A stretch of DNA of 62,426 bases, counting the filler. It is 22 parts of 22 records of this genome, joined end to end, with 100 filler letters (N's around TTAATTAATTAA, not from the genome) between each part and the next. Parts side by side here need not be neighbours in the genome. Positions count along the whole stretch, not along the records: positions 1 to 2,360 come from SRR16133337_67270; positions 2,461 to 4,995 come from SRR16133337_67380; positions 5,096 to 8,154 come from SRR16133337_67498; positions 8,255 to 10,254 come from SRR16133337_68366; positions 10,355 to 12,533 come from SRR16133337_68854; positions 12,634 to 14,815 come from SRR16133337_68896; 16 more parts are not named here. One strand, given 5' to 3'. This document shows positions 1-13,761 of this stretch, one piece after another (positions within the stretch are counted from its first letter, which is position 1; every line of letters starts with the position of its first letter). The translations under genes were made by a program, and so were the position numbers. A model generated the notes under the pieces. It did no database searches, was not told the origin of the DNA, and saw only the letters and a list, made by a program, of their open reading frames with translations.

Positions 1-2360
1 AAAAAGCGTTCTCATTGGCATGTGATCACAACAGTACCGAAGAAAAAAATTTGTGATAGAATTTTTTGTGTTACACAGCTGAACAAGTTCGAGAGAAACG
101 CGACGAGGAGGGCATTTGACGCTCCAAATATCAACCAAAATGAGCTTCCATTGTAGGAAAAAGAACATTGACTCCATCGCCAGCAACTTGGCAACTTGTG
201 AAGGAAGGAACATTCTGTTACTGTTGATTTTCAAAATTTTCAGATTTTCCAAAATTCACACACAGCATCTTTGGCACGCGTGACGTGATGTAAAGCATAA
301 TTTTCAAAATAACTCTATTCAAGACTGAAGTTGGGATCTACGAGGTTTCATGGAGGCACCAAATTCCGAAAACTAACCCATGCATGATTGGAATTCTGTG
401 TTGGTGATGGCTTTTCAGTGTTTTGGCGAAATTTTCAGACTGCAGCCTAAAGTCACACAATCAGATAGATGCCAACACCACGTTGAAGTGGGCGTATGAG
501 AATGTTGGTTGACAAAGTTTTTGCAATTGGTGGCTTTGTTTTTCAGAAAAATGGTGTGGAAGCAACAACAGCGCCAAAAAAACGAGCAAGCTCGAGTGTT
601 TTTCAAAAGTCCGAAAACTGTGAGCGAATTTTCTGCCAAAAAAACTTTTTGTGGTGCGTGTGGAGTGCGAGAACCGTTTCGGAGAAATTATGTTTTTCCA
701 AATGGTTTTTTATTGGGTGAGAACATAAAAAACGGTGGAAGTCATATCTTCGTAGCCGTGTGAAAAATGTCTGGTGGAGAGGAAGAAGAGAAATTCGTGG
801 CGGGTGTACAGAATTTGGCCAAGAACGAGGTGCGCAGCAAGAACTAGGATATCGGTTGTTGGTTTGAAATCCCAAGCAACACTCAAACACCAGTTTTGCG
901 AGTCTATTAGTTTTGCAATCGCGACCATCCAAAGGATTGAAAAACGAGTGATGGCTTGACCTGAGCTCAAAATCCCACAAAAGGTGGAAAATTTCAAACT
1001 GATTTTACTGGTTTTAGCATTTTCTGCACCGAACCCGTTGCGTAGTGAGAAATGGAAAACACATGCAAAAATCACCTTGCAGCACCAAATCTATTGCATC
1101 ACAAGCACAAGGAAGCAAAACGTTTACAGCCCTGTACCACGATTAGAACACCGTGTAGAACATTTGGAAGGGGTAGTTGGTGTTGAAAATGGAACAAAGA
1201 GAAACACGGGAAGGGACTCCGAGAAATGCACCAAAAATGAACACATTTCCGTAAAAGACCTGGGGGAAATTGACCAAACGCGGGTGTTTGCTCTCAGGAG
1301 TGCAAAAGTTATTCTTGTTCCAACTGCCTTGAGTAGCACCCACTCGATTTTGACAAGCCCGGTGGGGTGGTGATATTTGAAATTAAATAAATTGGCCCCA
1401 TTTGCTCCGCTGCGTGCAAGACTGTTGAAGCGTTTTGGCAAAAAGTGGCACAGTTACAACGCAGGCACTACAATTACCGTTGAAACCATTCCTTTTTTTG
1501 ACCATGGTTGACCGTCAAATTATCATTTTCTCGCCCGTTTGAGTCTCACAAAACCCGTTAGCATGGTTTTCAAGCATTTTGGGACTGAATGTTTTGCTTC
1601 AATAATGCAACATTTCCCAAACAACATTACTGTGAGGCAATTTCAATCTGATTGATTGTGTGCATTTTATTGTCCTTGTGAGTTTAGGAATTTAGTTTGG
1701 CAAAAAATTCCACTTCTGGAAATCCCACCCAATTTTGGTGCAAACCCACAGTTGGGGGAACGTGGTTCGCACACAATTCCAGTCATACATAATAACATAT
1801 GACTACAGGTCATATTGTCTATTTTGTCACGCTCATCCACCCGCCAAACCACTTTGTATATTTTAGTAATTACTGTATTTCCCGTTGGAATGAGATGATT
1901 GACTTGCTGTTATTGAGAAAGGACAAAAGCCGTGATTGGCCAGCCAATTAGGTGCGGAAAATATGCTCAAAAAACCAATTCGTTGCATTTTTTGATTTGT
2001 TTCAAAAATGGTTGCAAATCGTAGAGCCGAATAAGACTCGAGGCAGCTATTTTGTGTACTTGAGGGCACGTGAGGGAAACCGACAATTTGGAGAGGCCTC
2101 CAAGCAAGTCCGTGCGTGCTTTTTCTATTCAATGAAGGGGGATACTGCCAGTTGCCAACCAGATTTTGTTTTGCTCCCCGACATGCACTCTACATCTAAA
2201 CCATTGATTGTCATTGGATTGTTGACAGTGTCGAAAAAGTTTGACTCCTCATTTGAAAGTGGTTTTTCCTGTAATATCCAATATTCGAGAAGTATTCGAA
2301 CGGATATGGGAGGGAAGATAGTGGTGGTGTTATAATACAGGCAATTCAGGGTAAAACCCC

Positions 2361-2460
2361 NNNNNNNNNNNNNNNNNNNNNNNNNNNNNNNNNNNNNNNN
2401 NNNNTTAATTAATTAANNNNNNNNNNNNNNNNNNNNNNNNNNNNNNNNNNNNNNNNNNNN
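2361..2460. other. Artificial contig linker (first of 21): 44 N + TTAATTAATTAA + 44 N
   Basis: The same 100-bp spacer with six-frame stops recurs 21 times (e.g. 4996-5095, 18318-18417, 24891-24990, 37841-37940, 60322-60421). Confidence 0.99.
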
Positions 2461-3279
2461 ACTTCAACCACACCAAACTCTCAAGGAGCCCTAACTGGGC
2501 CAGAAAAAAAAAACTTGGACATATGGAAGACACCGATTGAAGTAGACGAACAAACCTGGAACCCATGTACTCGATCTTCTTACTCTGTGTGTCACACGAT
2601 TTCGGCAGTGTTTACTCTTTTATTATTTTCGTAAATTCGAATTACTTAAAAGCCTTTTTGGTGTCTGGAAGCTGTCGCCAGTTGTTTTGCTTTTTACCAA
2701 CTTCGTATATTAGTGTTCCTGCTGGTTACCTTTCTTGTTTTTTGATTTTTTGTTATTTTAGAATGTTCATGAGGTGTACGGTTTTCCTCTTTCAGTGTTT
2801 TGACATACGAATTTTACTTTTAAGTATTTTGTGTGTACCTGCCGGCCCAAATTTAGCGTATTTGGTTGTTTAAGTAAATAAATGTCATATCCATGACAAC
2901 ATTATGGGATTTCACCCAGATTTATTTTCCCATTTACTTTTGAATTTCCACTTTATAGGCGTGCGAGTTTGGTTTGAAAATGTCAATTCAATTGTACGCC
3001 GTTTGAACTTGAGGAAACAAATGTAGTACCTAATGTTTTATGAATCAAACCACCACTTGTGACAATCCCTCCACCAACAGTGACTTTGAAGTTGTCACCG
3101 TCATCGAACGATTCCGATTTAGACCATAAATCATCAGAATCTAAGCTGTCTGGAATTTAGCCAAAAGGTAAATTTGATATCATATTTCTTTTGTATTGCG
3201 TCTTAGTCCAGGAATATCATATTAGCATTCGTAGCTTTGACTGCACAATTGGAGTTGTACATGACAAAAATCCCTCCAC

Positions 3280-3940
3280 CACTGACAAGAAACACCCACT
3301 CCCTACCAAACAAAAGCCCAAAACACAACCTACCAAAGCCCACACCCCAAACACATATCACCGCCAAAACGACACCCACAAACAACCACCCATCCAAAAA
3401 CACACAGAGTCCAAACACAAGGCACAAAAAACAAACGTCACACAAAATCACACCCAGCAGAAAAATACAAGTACTCAAGCAACACCATACAGAAACATGG
3501 GCCACCAAAACACTACACCAAAAAACATGAACGTACAAAAACGAACACCAGAAACACACACCAAAAGAAACACCTTCCTAACAATACAACTGCCCAAAAC
3601 GCACCTGGACCAAAAACGACCCACACAACACCAAAAGCACCACCACAGAAAAACATAACCCCCAAAAACACATGCACCATAAATCATCCACGCTAAAATA
3701 ACAGGCAAACTAAAAAAGACATACACTGCCAAAAATGAGACACTGACGAAAACACCATTACCCAAAAATAAAGCCGAAAGAATTACCACGCAAAAACACA
3801 CATACACACCACCAAAACACATACATCCCCATAAAACACATCCCTCAAAAAGCAAGCCCAAACAGCTCGCCCAAAGGAATTCACCAAATAACCACAAAGA
3901 AAACCACCCCAAAACACGCACACAACCAAAAAACGGACCC
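3280..3940. repeat. Degenerate A/C-rich low-complexity tract
   Basis: The + strand is mostly A and C (ACAC, CAAAA, CACC motifs). This produces spurious T/K/H/Q-rich and V/F/C/G-rich ORFs. Confidence 0.8.
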
Positions 3941-5285
3941 GAATTTTTATATTTTATCTGCGTAATCATACCAACACATGTTAGGCATCTCCCAACACAG
4001 TTATTTTTCTCTGCAGATGAACAAGACGCGCTCATTTGTATTAATTCGTTTATTAGAGCATGTTTGTACAGCAGACTAGGCAATCAGCCTACATGATAAG
4101 TTACATTTTTTGGTTAAAGTTCGAACACGTGGTACCACAAATTCGGACTTTCTGTGGGGAAGTACTAAGTTGTGTCAATATTTTCACGGCGTTTCAGGCG
4201 GTCAACAACCCCCAAAGTTTCCAGTATTGGCGTGATTGATTTTTGATTTGCTGTTTCAGTTTCGAGAAAAATGCAAAACAGATTTTTTAACCGCAAATTT
4301 TTCAAACAAAATTGAAAATCTGTCAGGATAATACTGGAATAGATATGCTAGGGTAATATCTATGATAATTTTGGAACCACTGGAACCTTTTGAAAAACTT
4401 TAGATAACTTTTTCAGGGGAAAAAGCTAAAACCAAAAAATACGCCTGACTAGATTGAACCCACGAAGGAGGGAGAAAATAATAAGAGTATTTGGAGAGGC
4501 CCAACATGTGTTTAGTGTTGTATGATAAAATGTTGCTTGTGAAGCTTGGTTGTCTGCACCAGATTCCCCGCTTGTCATAGATTTCACTCACGTCACTATA
4601 TTTTCTGACTCTCAACAGTTTTGCGGGGCAAGGTTTGATTTTCATGTTTCTAGTTGCAATGTTAGTCCAGAAACATGGCTACATAGGCGTTCAGGTTCAA
4701 TACAGCATCTCGCAAGGGGTTGAGACCTCAAAGAATAAAGTGGTACTTTGCCGTGGGGCGGGTACTTTACCATGGGTGGGTAATTTGCATATGATGACCA
4801 AAAAACAAAGACAAAATTATTCATGCGGAAGTGCTGTATCAAAGAGTCATGACGCTAATTTTTATGACATTTTAGAATCAAATATCGTCATTTTAGTAGA
4901 AAAAACACTATTTCAGATACATTTTGGTACGCCATCTTCTCATTTACGGGGTGTTTTTTGAAGAACAAAAGCGGCCCTCTGCAACAAAGTGTAGTNNNNN
5001 NNNNNNNNNNNNNNNNNNNNNNNNNNNNNNNNNNNNNNNTTAATTAATTAANNNNNNNNNNNNNNNNNNNNNNNNNNNNNNNNNNNNNNNNNNNNAACGG
5101 ATCGTTTGGCAAAATAAAGAGTAACACAGTTTCATGTTAAGTTGGAAATAATTTTTTGTTATTTGTACTCAAAAATGCTCTTGTTGCAGCTCAATCTTCA
5201 CAATAACATTTTTACTGTTTGTTCTTTTTTTGTTTATTCAAATACCCTTCAAAACAACAGAGTCATCATGGTTGTGTTTGTTTAG

Positions 5286-7549
5286 AAAGCAGCCAAACAG
5301 CTTGAGGAGCTGGAAGCAGAAATTGTTGAGGAGCAAAAAACAAGATTTGAACTTAATGTAAGTGTGATCGTGTTTCTAAATTATATTTTAATCTTGTGGC
5401 GAAGTGCTCACCACCCCTCCGCCCCTCTTCCACATAACTCCACGCACCTCACCACAACCCCAACCCATTCACTCCTACCACAACCCACGTTTTTAAAGAG
5501 AGAGAGAGAGTTAAGTTGGAAAGCCTAGGGTTCCACACATAGGTTCCAGACTGCAAACGGTTCAATGATTTATTTACTCTCTCTCTTTGATTATTTAGGA
5601 TGCTCAATTGAAAGAATACAATGACGCAAAAGTGAAATCTGGAGCTGCGATATCGGGCGAAAAAGAAAATCTTGAGCGAATCAAACGCAAAAAACAACTA
5701 GCCAAGGTTTGTTTGTAAATCTGTTACACTGATTCCCATTCATCAAAAAATTGTTTCAACATGTGGCATCACACACAGCGAATATAATGCAAGTTATAAT
5801 TCGCCATGCACTAATTGAATGAAAAATGAATAGCTTTGGCACAGCGATGAATTTGAGAAACGTTGTTTTGAAATGAATGGATGTTTTTCCAGAAATGAGT
5901 GCGGCAAGCCATTACAACAGTAGATGGTTGCATTGGTGCTGTGCAATTTGTTGTTTTGGTGAATATTGCATTCGATTTTGTTTTCGAGGCATTCAATTGT
6001 CATACTGAACTACATTTTTTTTCGAATGCCTCGATTCAATTACTGTGCTTTATTTTTGTTACTGTGTTTTATTCATTTGGGTGTTTTTTAATGGCTCTTT
6101 TTGTTCGTTCATTTTTCGAATAACAAAGAAATGTCAGCGGTAGTATCTTCAAACAACAAAGTCGCTTGCACACCACAGTTATTCTGTGTACGAAGCATGT
6201 GCAATCCACAGAAAAATGCCATTGTATCAAAAACACACAATCAAATAAGTCCAAATGCCTTCAATGTGTTAAAAAGTTGCCAAGTGTTTGAGAGCACTTA
6301 AAAAAGGTGGTACAATGCACTGCAATGTATCTAAATTACTATCTGTTTTCTTACTTAATCCGGGAATTCAAGAAAAATTGCTACAATTTTTTCTAATTTT
6401 TCTAATTTTTTTGGAATCACAAGAACGGAATTTTCAGAATCATGAAGTTCTACATACAACATAGACTACGCAGACAGGTAATTCCCGTTAGACATTTTTG
6501 TAGTTGTTTCTACATAATATAAAACAAGTCACTTGGACTTTTTGTTTAACGTACGATTCCTTCAAGTGTAAAATGATTCTCACTCTCTTCATCACATAAT
6601 TCTCCACTTCACGCGGGAAAGATTTGCTTGGGAACCTTTTTTTTTGCCTCATCCAATTTTTTCTTTGGTGGAATCGAGATGGCCGAAACATATCCGTGTA
6701 CTTGTCCAATTTTGCGCAGGTAATAAAACAATGGGATAGATACCACGTTCCTTACAGTAGTAACAATTTGTTTGTACAATAAATGATTTAAAGAAGCCTT
6801 TATATTTAGGAACAACACGAAAACATCCACAATCAAATGCAATCCCTCAACGAACATGTCAGTCACCATACTTCCTCGCTCGAGAAACTTTCTTCGCGGA
6901 AAAATGACATCGAAAAAAGTCTGTCTCAAAACAAAACGCGTCTCAATAGCAGAAGAAATAGTAGACGAGACGCAGTGGCACAGGCCCAACAAAATGAGTG
7001 AGTATTGTTCTTTTCTTGTGTGGACTCTTTTTTTTTTCCGTCGAAACATTAACCATGGGCGCAGCTCAGTGTATTAATGAATAACACCCCGCTCCCCTTC
7101 CATAAACAAACCAATCTGTGTCCACATGCCCTCGGATTGAGGTCTAGAACTGTATCTGGCTTGAGGTGTTTTTGTGTTGTTTTTTGTGCGAGGTGTGTTT
7201 TGGGGCTGGAAAAGCACCACAATGTTTCATTTTTTGTACTGTAAATGCTTCCCTTCAAGAAAATTTAATCATTGTGTTAGTGTGTTGTTACAAAAAAATG
7301 TGAATCCCTACTAGGCCCAATATTTGTTATGTAACGATGCTTAAACGCATTTTTTTACTTTCATTAAATGTATTTATTGTTTGACTATTTTGTCACATAG
7401 AAAAGGAATTGTTTTAGTATCTTCTTAATGTTGTTTTGACAATCTCAAGTGTTGATATCATTTTTTGTTTGTAGTCGTCGCCGTGAAGAGTTGAATGACG
7501 AGCTTGAAAAATGTCAGCGTGCGTTGCAAGATGCGAATTCTGATGAAAG
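5286..7549 (+). CDS. Partial spliced eukaryotic gene, SMC1-like cohesin coiled-coil arm
   Basis: Four GT-AG exons with compatible phases: 5286-5357, 5599-5706, 6810-6997, 7475-7549. The spliced protein reads ...FELNDAQLKEYNDAK...(~100 aa)...RRREELNDELEKCQRALQDANSDER, matching my recollection of the motifs and spacing of the SMC1 arm before the hinge. Confidence 0.65.
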
Positions 7550-9949
7550 GTAATGAATTACGCCAAATCAAATTCCCAATCTTGGGTTCAAACTGAAAAA
7601 CGGCCAAATATTACCCCAAATACGTGTGGCCAGGAATGGAAAAAGAGAAAGTTTCCATATTTTCGAAGTAAAATTAGCTTAATTTTTGTTTCCATAATTT
7701 TTGTTCCCGTATTTCTCACTTGGCAATCGATCAGCTGGAAAATAGGCTCCGGCTAGGCTCTCTGAGGTTTCACTATTTTTGGACACTTTTAATTGTTTGC
7801 AAGGTAGAAGAGGCCATCGATGAAAAAATATATCATGACTTCAACCAAAGTCATGCTGCTTCTCGTCATGGAAAGTTTGTTATGGCTTGCTGTGCCAGCC
7901 ACTGGGATATTTGACTTTTCTTTGAATAGCTATTTGGGGTAACTCATATCAGGAATTGAATTTGCGTGGAGATATGCATTTTTTTTTATTTTTGTGTGCT
8001 CCGACCAATTTATAAGCGCTCAAATGGTTAGAGTATTTATAGTTAGAACCTAAGATTTTACAGGATGCTAGCTATATTTTGTACTTACTTTGCCCCACCC
8101 CACACCACCCCACCCTTTTGTGTGTGTGTGTGTGTGTCAAAATGAGTACAAGCTNNNNNNNNNNNNNNNNNNNNNNNNNNNNNNNNNNNNNNNNNNNNTT
8201 AATTAATTAANNNNNNNNNNNNNNNNNNNNNNNNNNNNNNNNNNNNNNNNNNNNGGAGTGATCATTCATTGATATGGTCTCCACACATGCAGAGAAATGA
8301 AATTAAAAAATGCAAAAATAAGACTACGTATTGAGTTGGATTGTGTCTTGCAAAAACACGCTTTTTGTGTAATTTTGTGAATTATTGATTTTTTACTAGT
8401 AGACTTAAGATACTTCTTGATCAGCAACAACCTCGAGTGGATAAAATGTCAGCGACAAACTCGCAAAGTGTCACAGTGGATTGTATATTTCCTCAAAACT
8501 GACTTGAAAGAGAATTTACTTCGGTAAGTTTCTTGAAACATGTTTCAAGGCATTTTTTAAAAAAAAATCAACATCGAATTAAAATGCGTGACACGTTCTT
8601 TACAGGAGTACCACATAGGAAAAAAATAATGTACATTCGCATCTGTTCTCCTTTGTAAATTTAACAAAACCAATAATGGATGTTTTATGTGGAATCGACC
8701 TCATGGTAAAAAGTTAGGCCATAATGTCTGTGTCATACAGGTTTTTGACACAATGCAATTTCGTTCTTTATTCATTGAAAAGAAAAACTTCAACAGTGCT
8801 CATTTGGTTACGTACATGTTTGTTGGAACTGTGTGGGGTACCACGCGACATTTTCACTATACCGGGCACGTAACATATTTCAAATTTTCAACCGAATGAA
8901 TAACACAACCTGAGAGAATTTAAAATACATGTTCTTTTTTGAAAGTTCTTTAATCTTACTATGCATTGAAAATATTCGAGTAGAAGAAAATCGAATCAAA
9001 GCATAAACTCACCTTCTGTTTGGTAGGATTTTGTATAATCGGTTTGCTGTCACGTTGACACTATTAAGTATTTACTTTGACTTTGTGGTGGTACGGTCCA
9101 GGCGATATGCGATCTTCAAAATGAAAAAAAAAATCGATAGGTGAAATTTATCGAATAATTGAATTATTTTTTTTCAAATCAAACCAAATTACAGTTTTTC
9201 ACATCTAACTCATAATACTGAACGAATAATTCATATGTTACAAAGTATATATAAATTGTTTGTAACACGATTGTAAGTGCATAAAACATATCACCACTTT
9301 TCGTAAAGCTGTAAACCATACAAGACCGAAACATTCATTACATTTGTGAAAAAATCTCGAATGTTTTTTGCACATGTGCCTTTTCTTAAAATATTGCATT
9401 TCTCGCAAAGGGCCAGATGAATATGTTTTTGTACTGTTTTGGAAATTTATAAATACCACCTTGTAACCGTACAAATTTCAGGCTTGACAATTTTTTTCGT
9501 TCTACCTCTGTATACAAATCAGATGGTTTGCTGTCAATATTGATTTTTTGTTCAATTGTTTTGACATGCAATGTTCACTTTTTCATACTGAGTCAAATGT
9601 AAGGATATATTGCAAGCTGATACTTATCTTACGGAATTTTAAATCCACTTGCAAAAAAGATTTTTCTGCTGCTTACCAAGATTTAGATGGAGCAAATAAA
9701 ACTTCAACAACTTACATATGAAATACATTTGGGAAAGCCTGGAAATATCCTTTGTGGGATCTTTTTTCGTCTTGAAAACTTATGTGTTTGTGTGGGATAA
9801 AGAGATACCGTAGCTTTTTTTGGTCTCACAGTATTATCAAATTGTTAATTAAATACAAAAATTTCATTTATATACAGTTTATTTACATAAAAAACAACAG
9901 ACAATTAGTAACGAAACTAATTTCTCCAAAAATCATTGAATATTAAGTT

Positions 9950-10120
9950 TCATTGCTTCAAGAATTTTGCAACTCTGTAACGAGATAAAATATTCCTTGC
10001 AGAGTTTGTATGATTGTAAACACCACCATTAAATTCTTTTGTTGCATCGAGTCCATTGTATGCACGAAAGTATTTGATTCCACCAGGATGACGAGATGAA
10101 AATTCACTTACATCATGAAC
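9950..10120 (-). CDS. Terminal exon encoding a cytochrome b5 domain of OLE1-type (b5-fused) delta-9 fatty acid desaturase
   Basis: After a tttgtag acceptor: VHDVSEFSSRHPGGIKYFRAYNGLDATKEFNGGVYNHTNSARNILSRYRVAKFLKQ*. It has the HPGG heme motif and the DATxxFNGGVYxH signature. Too short for the ORF track. Confidence 0.85.
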   Translation of the reverse strand, partial: VHDVSEFSSRHPGGIKYFRAYNGLDATKEFNGGVYNHTNSARNILSRYRVAKFLKQ

Positions 10121-11645
10121 CTACAAAATAAATTAAATTACTAATTATTGTTGCTTTCATTTCAATGAACTATTTTGCTAACATTATCAAAAAAAGTATT
10201 TTTATTTTATTTTTTGGACTTGTCAGTACAGGGGCTAACAGAGTAAGAACCCCCNNNNNNNNNNNNNNNNNNNNNNNNNNNNNNNNNNNNNNNNNNNNTT
10301 AATTAATTAANNNNNNNNNNNNNNNNNNNNNNNNNNNNNNNNNNNNNNNNNNNNCCCAAAAATCAAACACATCGCTTTTCAAAATCCTAAGAAAGTCTCT
10401 GTTAAACAAAATTTTGAGTGCCTCGTACTAAATTCATTTGTGTTGTTCTCGTTAGTATTTAAACATTTTGGTGAAGTTGATGAACAAGGTAAGGAACTAC
10501 ATGAGTTTATTAAACACATGGTTAATCTTTAATTTGTCTTCATGAATTCGAAATGAAGTGTTGCTAAAGTATTCTATCATATTGTTTTAAGCCATATTAG
10601 TTTCTAAAGAAATAAACAGTGATTATTCTTAAGGAACTGGACCGGAACACTTTTTCATACGGAGTTTAGTTTTTATGTTCAGAACCTTCATTCCCTACAA
10701 TTTTTTTGTTTTGACTAGAAAAATTGGCTGAATTAATTTTGGACACTGGAGAAAGAAAAATAACAATATAAAAAAACAAATTTATCTTCAATTGAATTTT
10801 CATAAAGAAATCACCATAGATAATGATTTTGCAATAATAACAAATTAAAGGTTATCTTTTTATTACAAATCGGTACATGTTTTCGCCTTTTGAGTAGGAC
10901 TGAAAGGCATCTGCGACTGAGTATAATGTTCACGAAGCAGATTTTTCTTCACAACATGTAGTTGAATTCTAAAATTCATGCTAAAATGTCACATTTTTAC
11001 AACAAGTCATTGGGAATGAATGTTTTTGAAATGAAGAACTTCTTATCAAAACAAGGTATCTGTCTCGTACTTTAAAAACTTTCGCTCGTACTCATGGACC
11101 ATATCTATGGACACAAGAAAAATTGAATAATTTTATGTATTCATGTTTTTAAAGCATTACGTTGATTGTTTTATTTTTGTTTTCACTAACAATTCTGTAT
11201 TTTCTTTCGAAATGAAATATCTATGAATTGTTGAAAAAACACGTTGCTTGCTTTTTGTATTGGAAGCATATCAACCACAAAAATATGAATAAAATGATGA
11301 AATGTTTTCTTGAAATTTCGTTTAGAATTTTTTTTTAGTTCCTTTGTTTTAAAAAAGTGTTTGGAAAACATTTCGTCATGACATTTGTTTTCATATTGTT
11401 GTTGTTCAAATCTTTTAATACAAAAAAAATCAATTCCTGTTTAACAAATTTTATAGCGTAAGATAAATTGTAACTGGATGCTTTGAAAACATGAGCACAT
11501 AAAATTGTTTGAAAAAAACATTTGAAAATATTATATGTTTTTACATAGTTTTTTATTTTGGTTGTGGGGGATGATTTGGACAGTAGCCATGAGAATGGTG
11601 TGATAAAAACCAAATTAACATGCTGATTGTATATGTTTATTGCAG

Positions 11646-11865
11646 GCATTCATGTCACTCTCGTGTTTATACGCTGTTTAATACATCAAAACCTGCACGA
11701 TTTGCATATGAGTATGCATGTATATGTGATCCTGACACTGCATATATGTGGGATTTTTTATGGAGACATCACAAGAAGAAAGATCAACTTGGTGAATATT
11801 ATATAAATGAATCTTTGATTCTTTTCAAGAGCTTATTCAAACATCCTGAAGTATGTCTTGATTAG
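11646..11865 (+). mobile_element. piggyBac-like transposase fragment (relic)
   Basis: FNTSKPARFAYEYACICDPDTAYMWDF resembles the piggyBac motif YxPxKPx(K/R)YGxK...CDxxTxYxxxF. No long ORF or TIRs seen. Confidence 0.45.
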
Positions 11866-12116
11866 AAAACCAAAATTTTTATCAGTCGTCATAGTGAATC
11901 TTTGTACAAAATGCTACAAAACATCATTCATAAAAATAAATTCCTTGTGAAAATATTTTTTTTTACTTCGAAAATTTCTTATTCAAACAAAAAGTAAATG
12001 ATTGTACCAGACTGTAAATGCACAAAAAATGAAGGAGTAATTGTAAAACTTTGAGTTAAAATTTTGGACGTTGTTAGGAATATCCAAGAGGTTGCTTTTC
12101 AGTTTTTATTTTCTCA

Positions 12117-12170
12117 CAAAACAGCGGTGACGATAAATTTTTCATCAAAACAGCGGTGACGATAAATTTT
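12117..12170. repeat. Two-copy 29-bp tandem repeat
   Basis: caaaacagcggtgacgataaatttt starts at both 12117 and 12146. Confidence 0.9.
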
Positions 12171-13761
12171 GTGACACAGCGGCGCAAAAAATATGACGTG
12201 TCTCTGTGCAGTAAAAAGAAGACTGTTTTTGGATTTTGGGTTAGTTCTCTGTCAAGAGTGCTCAGGTTAAATCAATTGAAATGCAGTTATGTTATCTTCG
12301 AAATGTCAAAAGATAAGACAAAAACTTGCAACAAAACAATGATTTTGGACGAGACAAAAATAGGAAACTAAATTAAATAAATAACTTAAATTAAGATTTA
12401 AGATTTTCAAAGGGTGAAGGTTGATTTCCACAACTTTTCAATTATGAAATTTTCGATTTTCTAAAAGGGGTAGTGGTGGATGTGGAGTGTGGGGAGTGCG
12501 GGTGTTTATTTGATGAAAATTCACGACTAAAATNNNNNNNNNNNNNNNNNNNNNNNNNNNNNNNNNNNNNNNNNNNNTTAATTAATTAANNNNNNNNNNN
12601 NNNNNNNNNNNNNNNNNNNNNNNNNNNNNNNNNGTAGTGCGAGGTAAGACACCCCAAACGAAAATTGTGAAATTGTGAAAAATTCAACGTTCAATGAAAA
12701 GGTAAATTCATTGAGCGAAATTTTTCGTGTTAAAAAATACGAAATTGAATACAAAAATTCCATATGTGGGTATGTAGACCATCTTTTTTGCAGGTTGTTT
12801 TAGTAAAATATGTGCTTTAGTACTTACACAATCTGAATCTTCATATTGAGGTTCGATTTCTCCCGCAACGAAAAGAGGCGGTTCTTTTATTTTTGGGAGA
12901 GTATTTGGCACAACCTTGGGAGCATCCCTCTAATAAATACGTACACGCAAATAAATGTTATATTTTCGTGCACAATTCTTGAAAAAATCAAAGGATACAA
13001 CAACATTCAATTTTTTTGTTGTAAAATAAGATCTGGGGAACTTATTTCGTATTTCACTGTACTTTTAGAAAACAATATCGGAACCAACAGAAAACATTAT
13101 TTTTCGGACTTTCAAGAAAAACTTACGTCACACACACACACACACCCCGAAGAAAAAAAAACGAAAAGGGAAAACATCAAGTTGGTTTGACGTGACTGAA
13201 AAAACAACGTATGATAAATTCTTTTTAACAAGTAACAGAGGAAGCAAAAAAACTAAATTCAAAGTAAATTTTTTTGAAGTGTTAAAAGATACGTTGAACA
13301 TTAATTAAAACAATTAGCGGTGAAAAACATTTTGGATGACAACTGGAAGCTCAGATTTTGTAACGCGCCGTTGCTATTCCGACGAATTGCATGGAGATTT
13401 ATCAGAAAAATAGTAGTATTGTACAAATGTTGCTCGTTTGTAGGCAATCTAAAAAAACTACGTCTTTATTATTTTGGATTATGCCCTGTTGTTTCAATAC
13501 TTCGCATTTATGTTTGGACCTCAGAAAATATTTGCATATGGGATCTCGCAAAAATCTAACTGGAGAATAGAATTTTTCAAATCATTCAACATTACTGTAT
13601 TTTTCACGGTTGTACTGCGACCAATGCTGCTGAGCTGACAGGCTAAACGCAGTCACAAGATTGACACCCCAAAAAATGTTTACAAAATATGTTCTTTTTA
13701 GATTACTGGCAGTGCAAAACAAATAGTGGCACCAATAAAACTTTTTATGTTATTTAGAAAA

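Noticed and set aside
2405-2416. Recurring TTAATTAATTAA as a biological repeat or CRISPR
   Set aside because: It is always centred in a 100-bp N spacer, so it is a synthetic six-frame-stop linker.
3191-4083. Long overlapping ORFs (155, 118, 97, 202 aa)
   Set aside because: By-products of the A/C-rich low-complexity tract.
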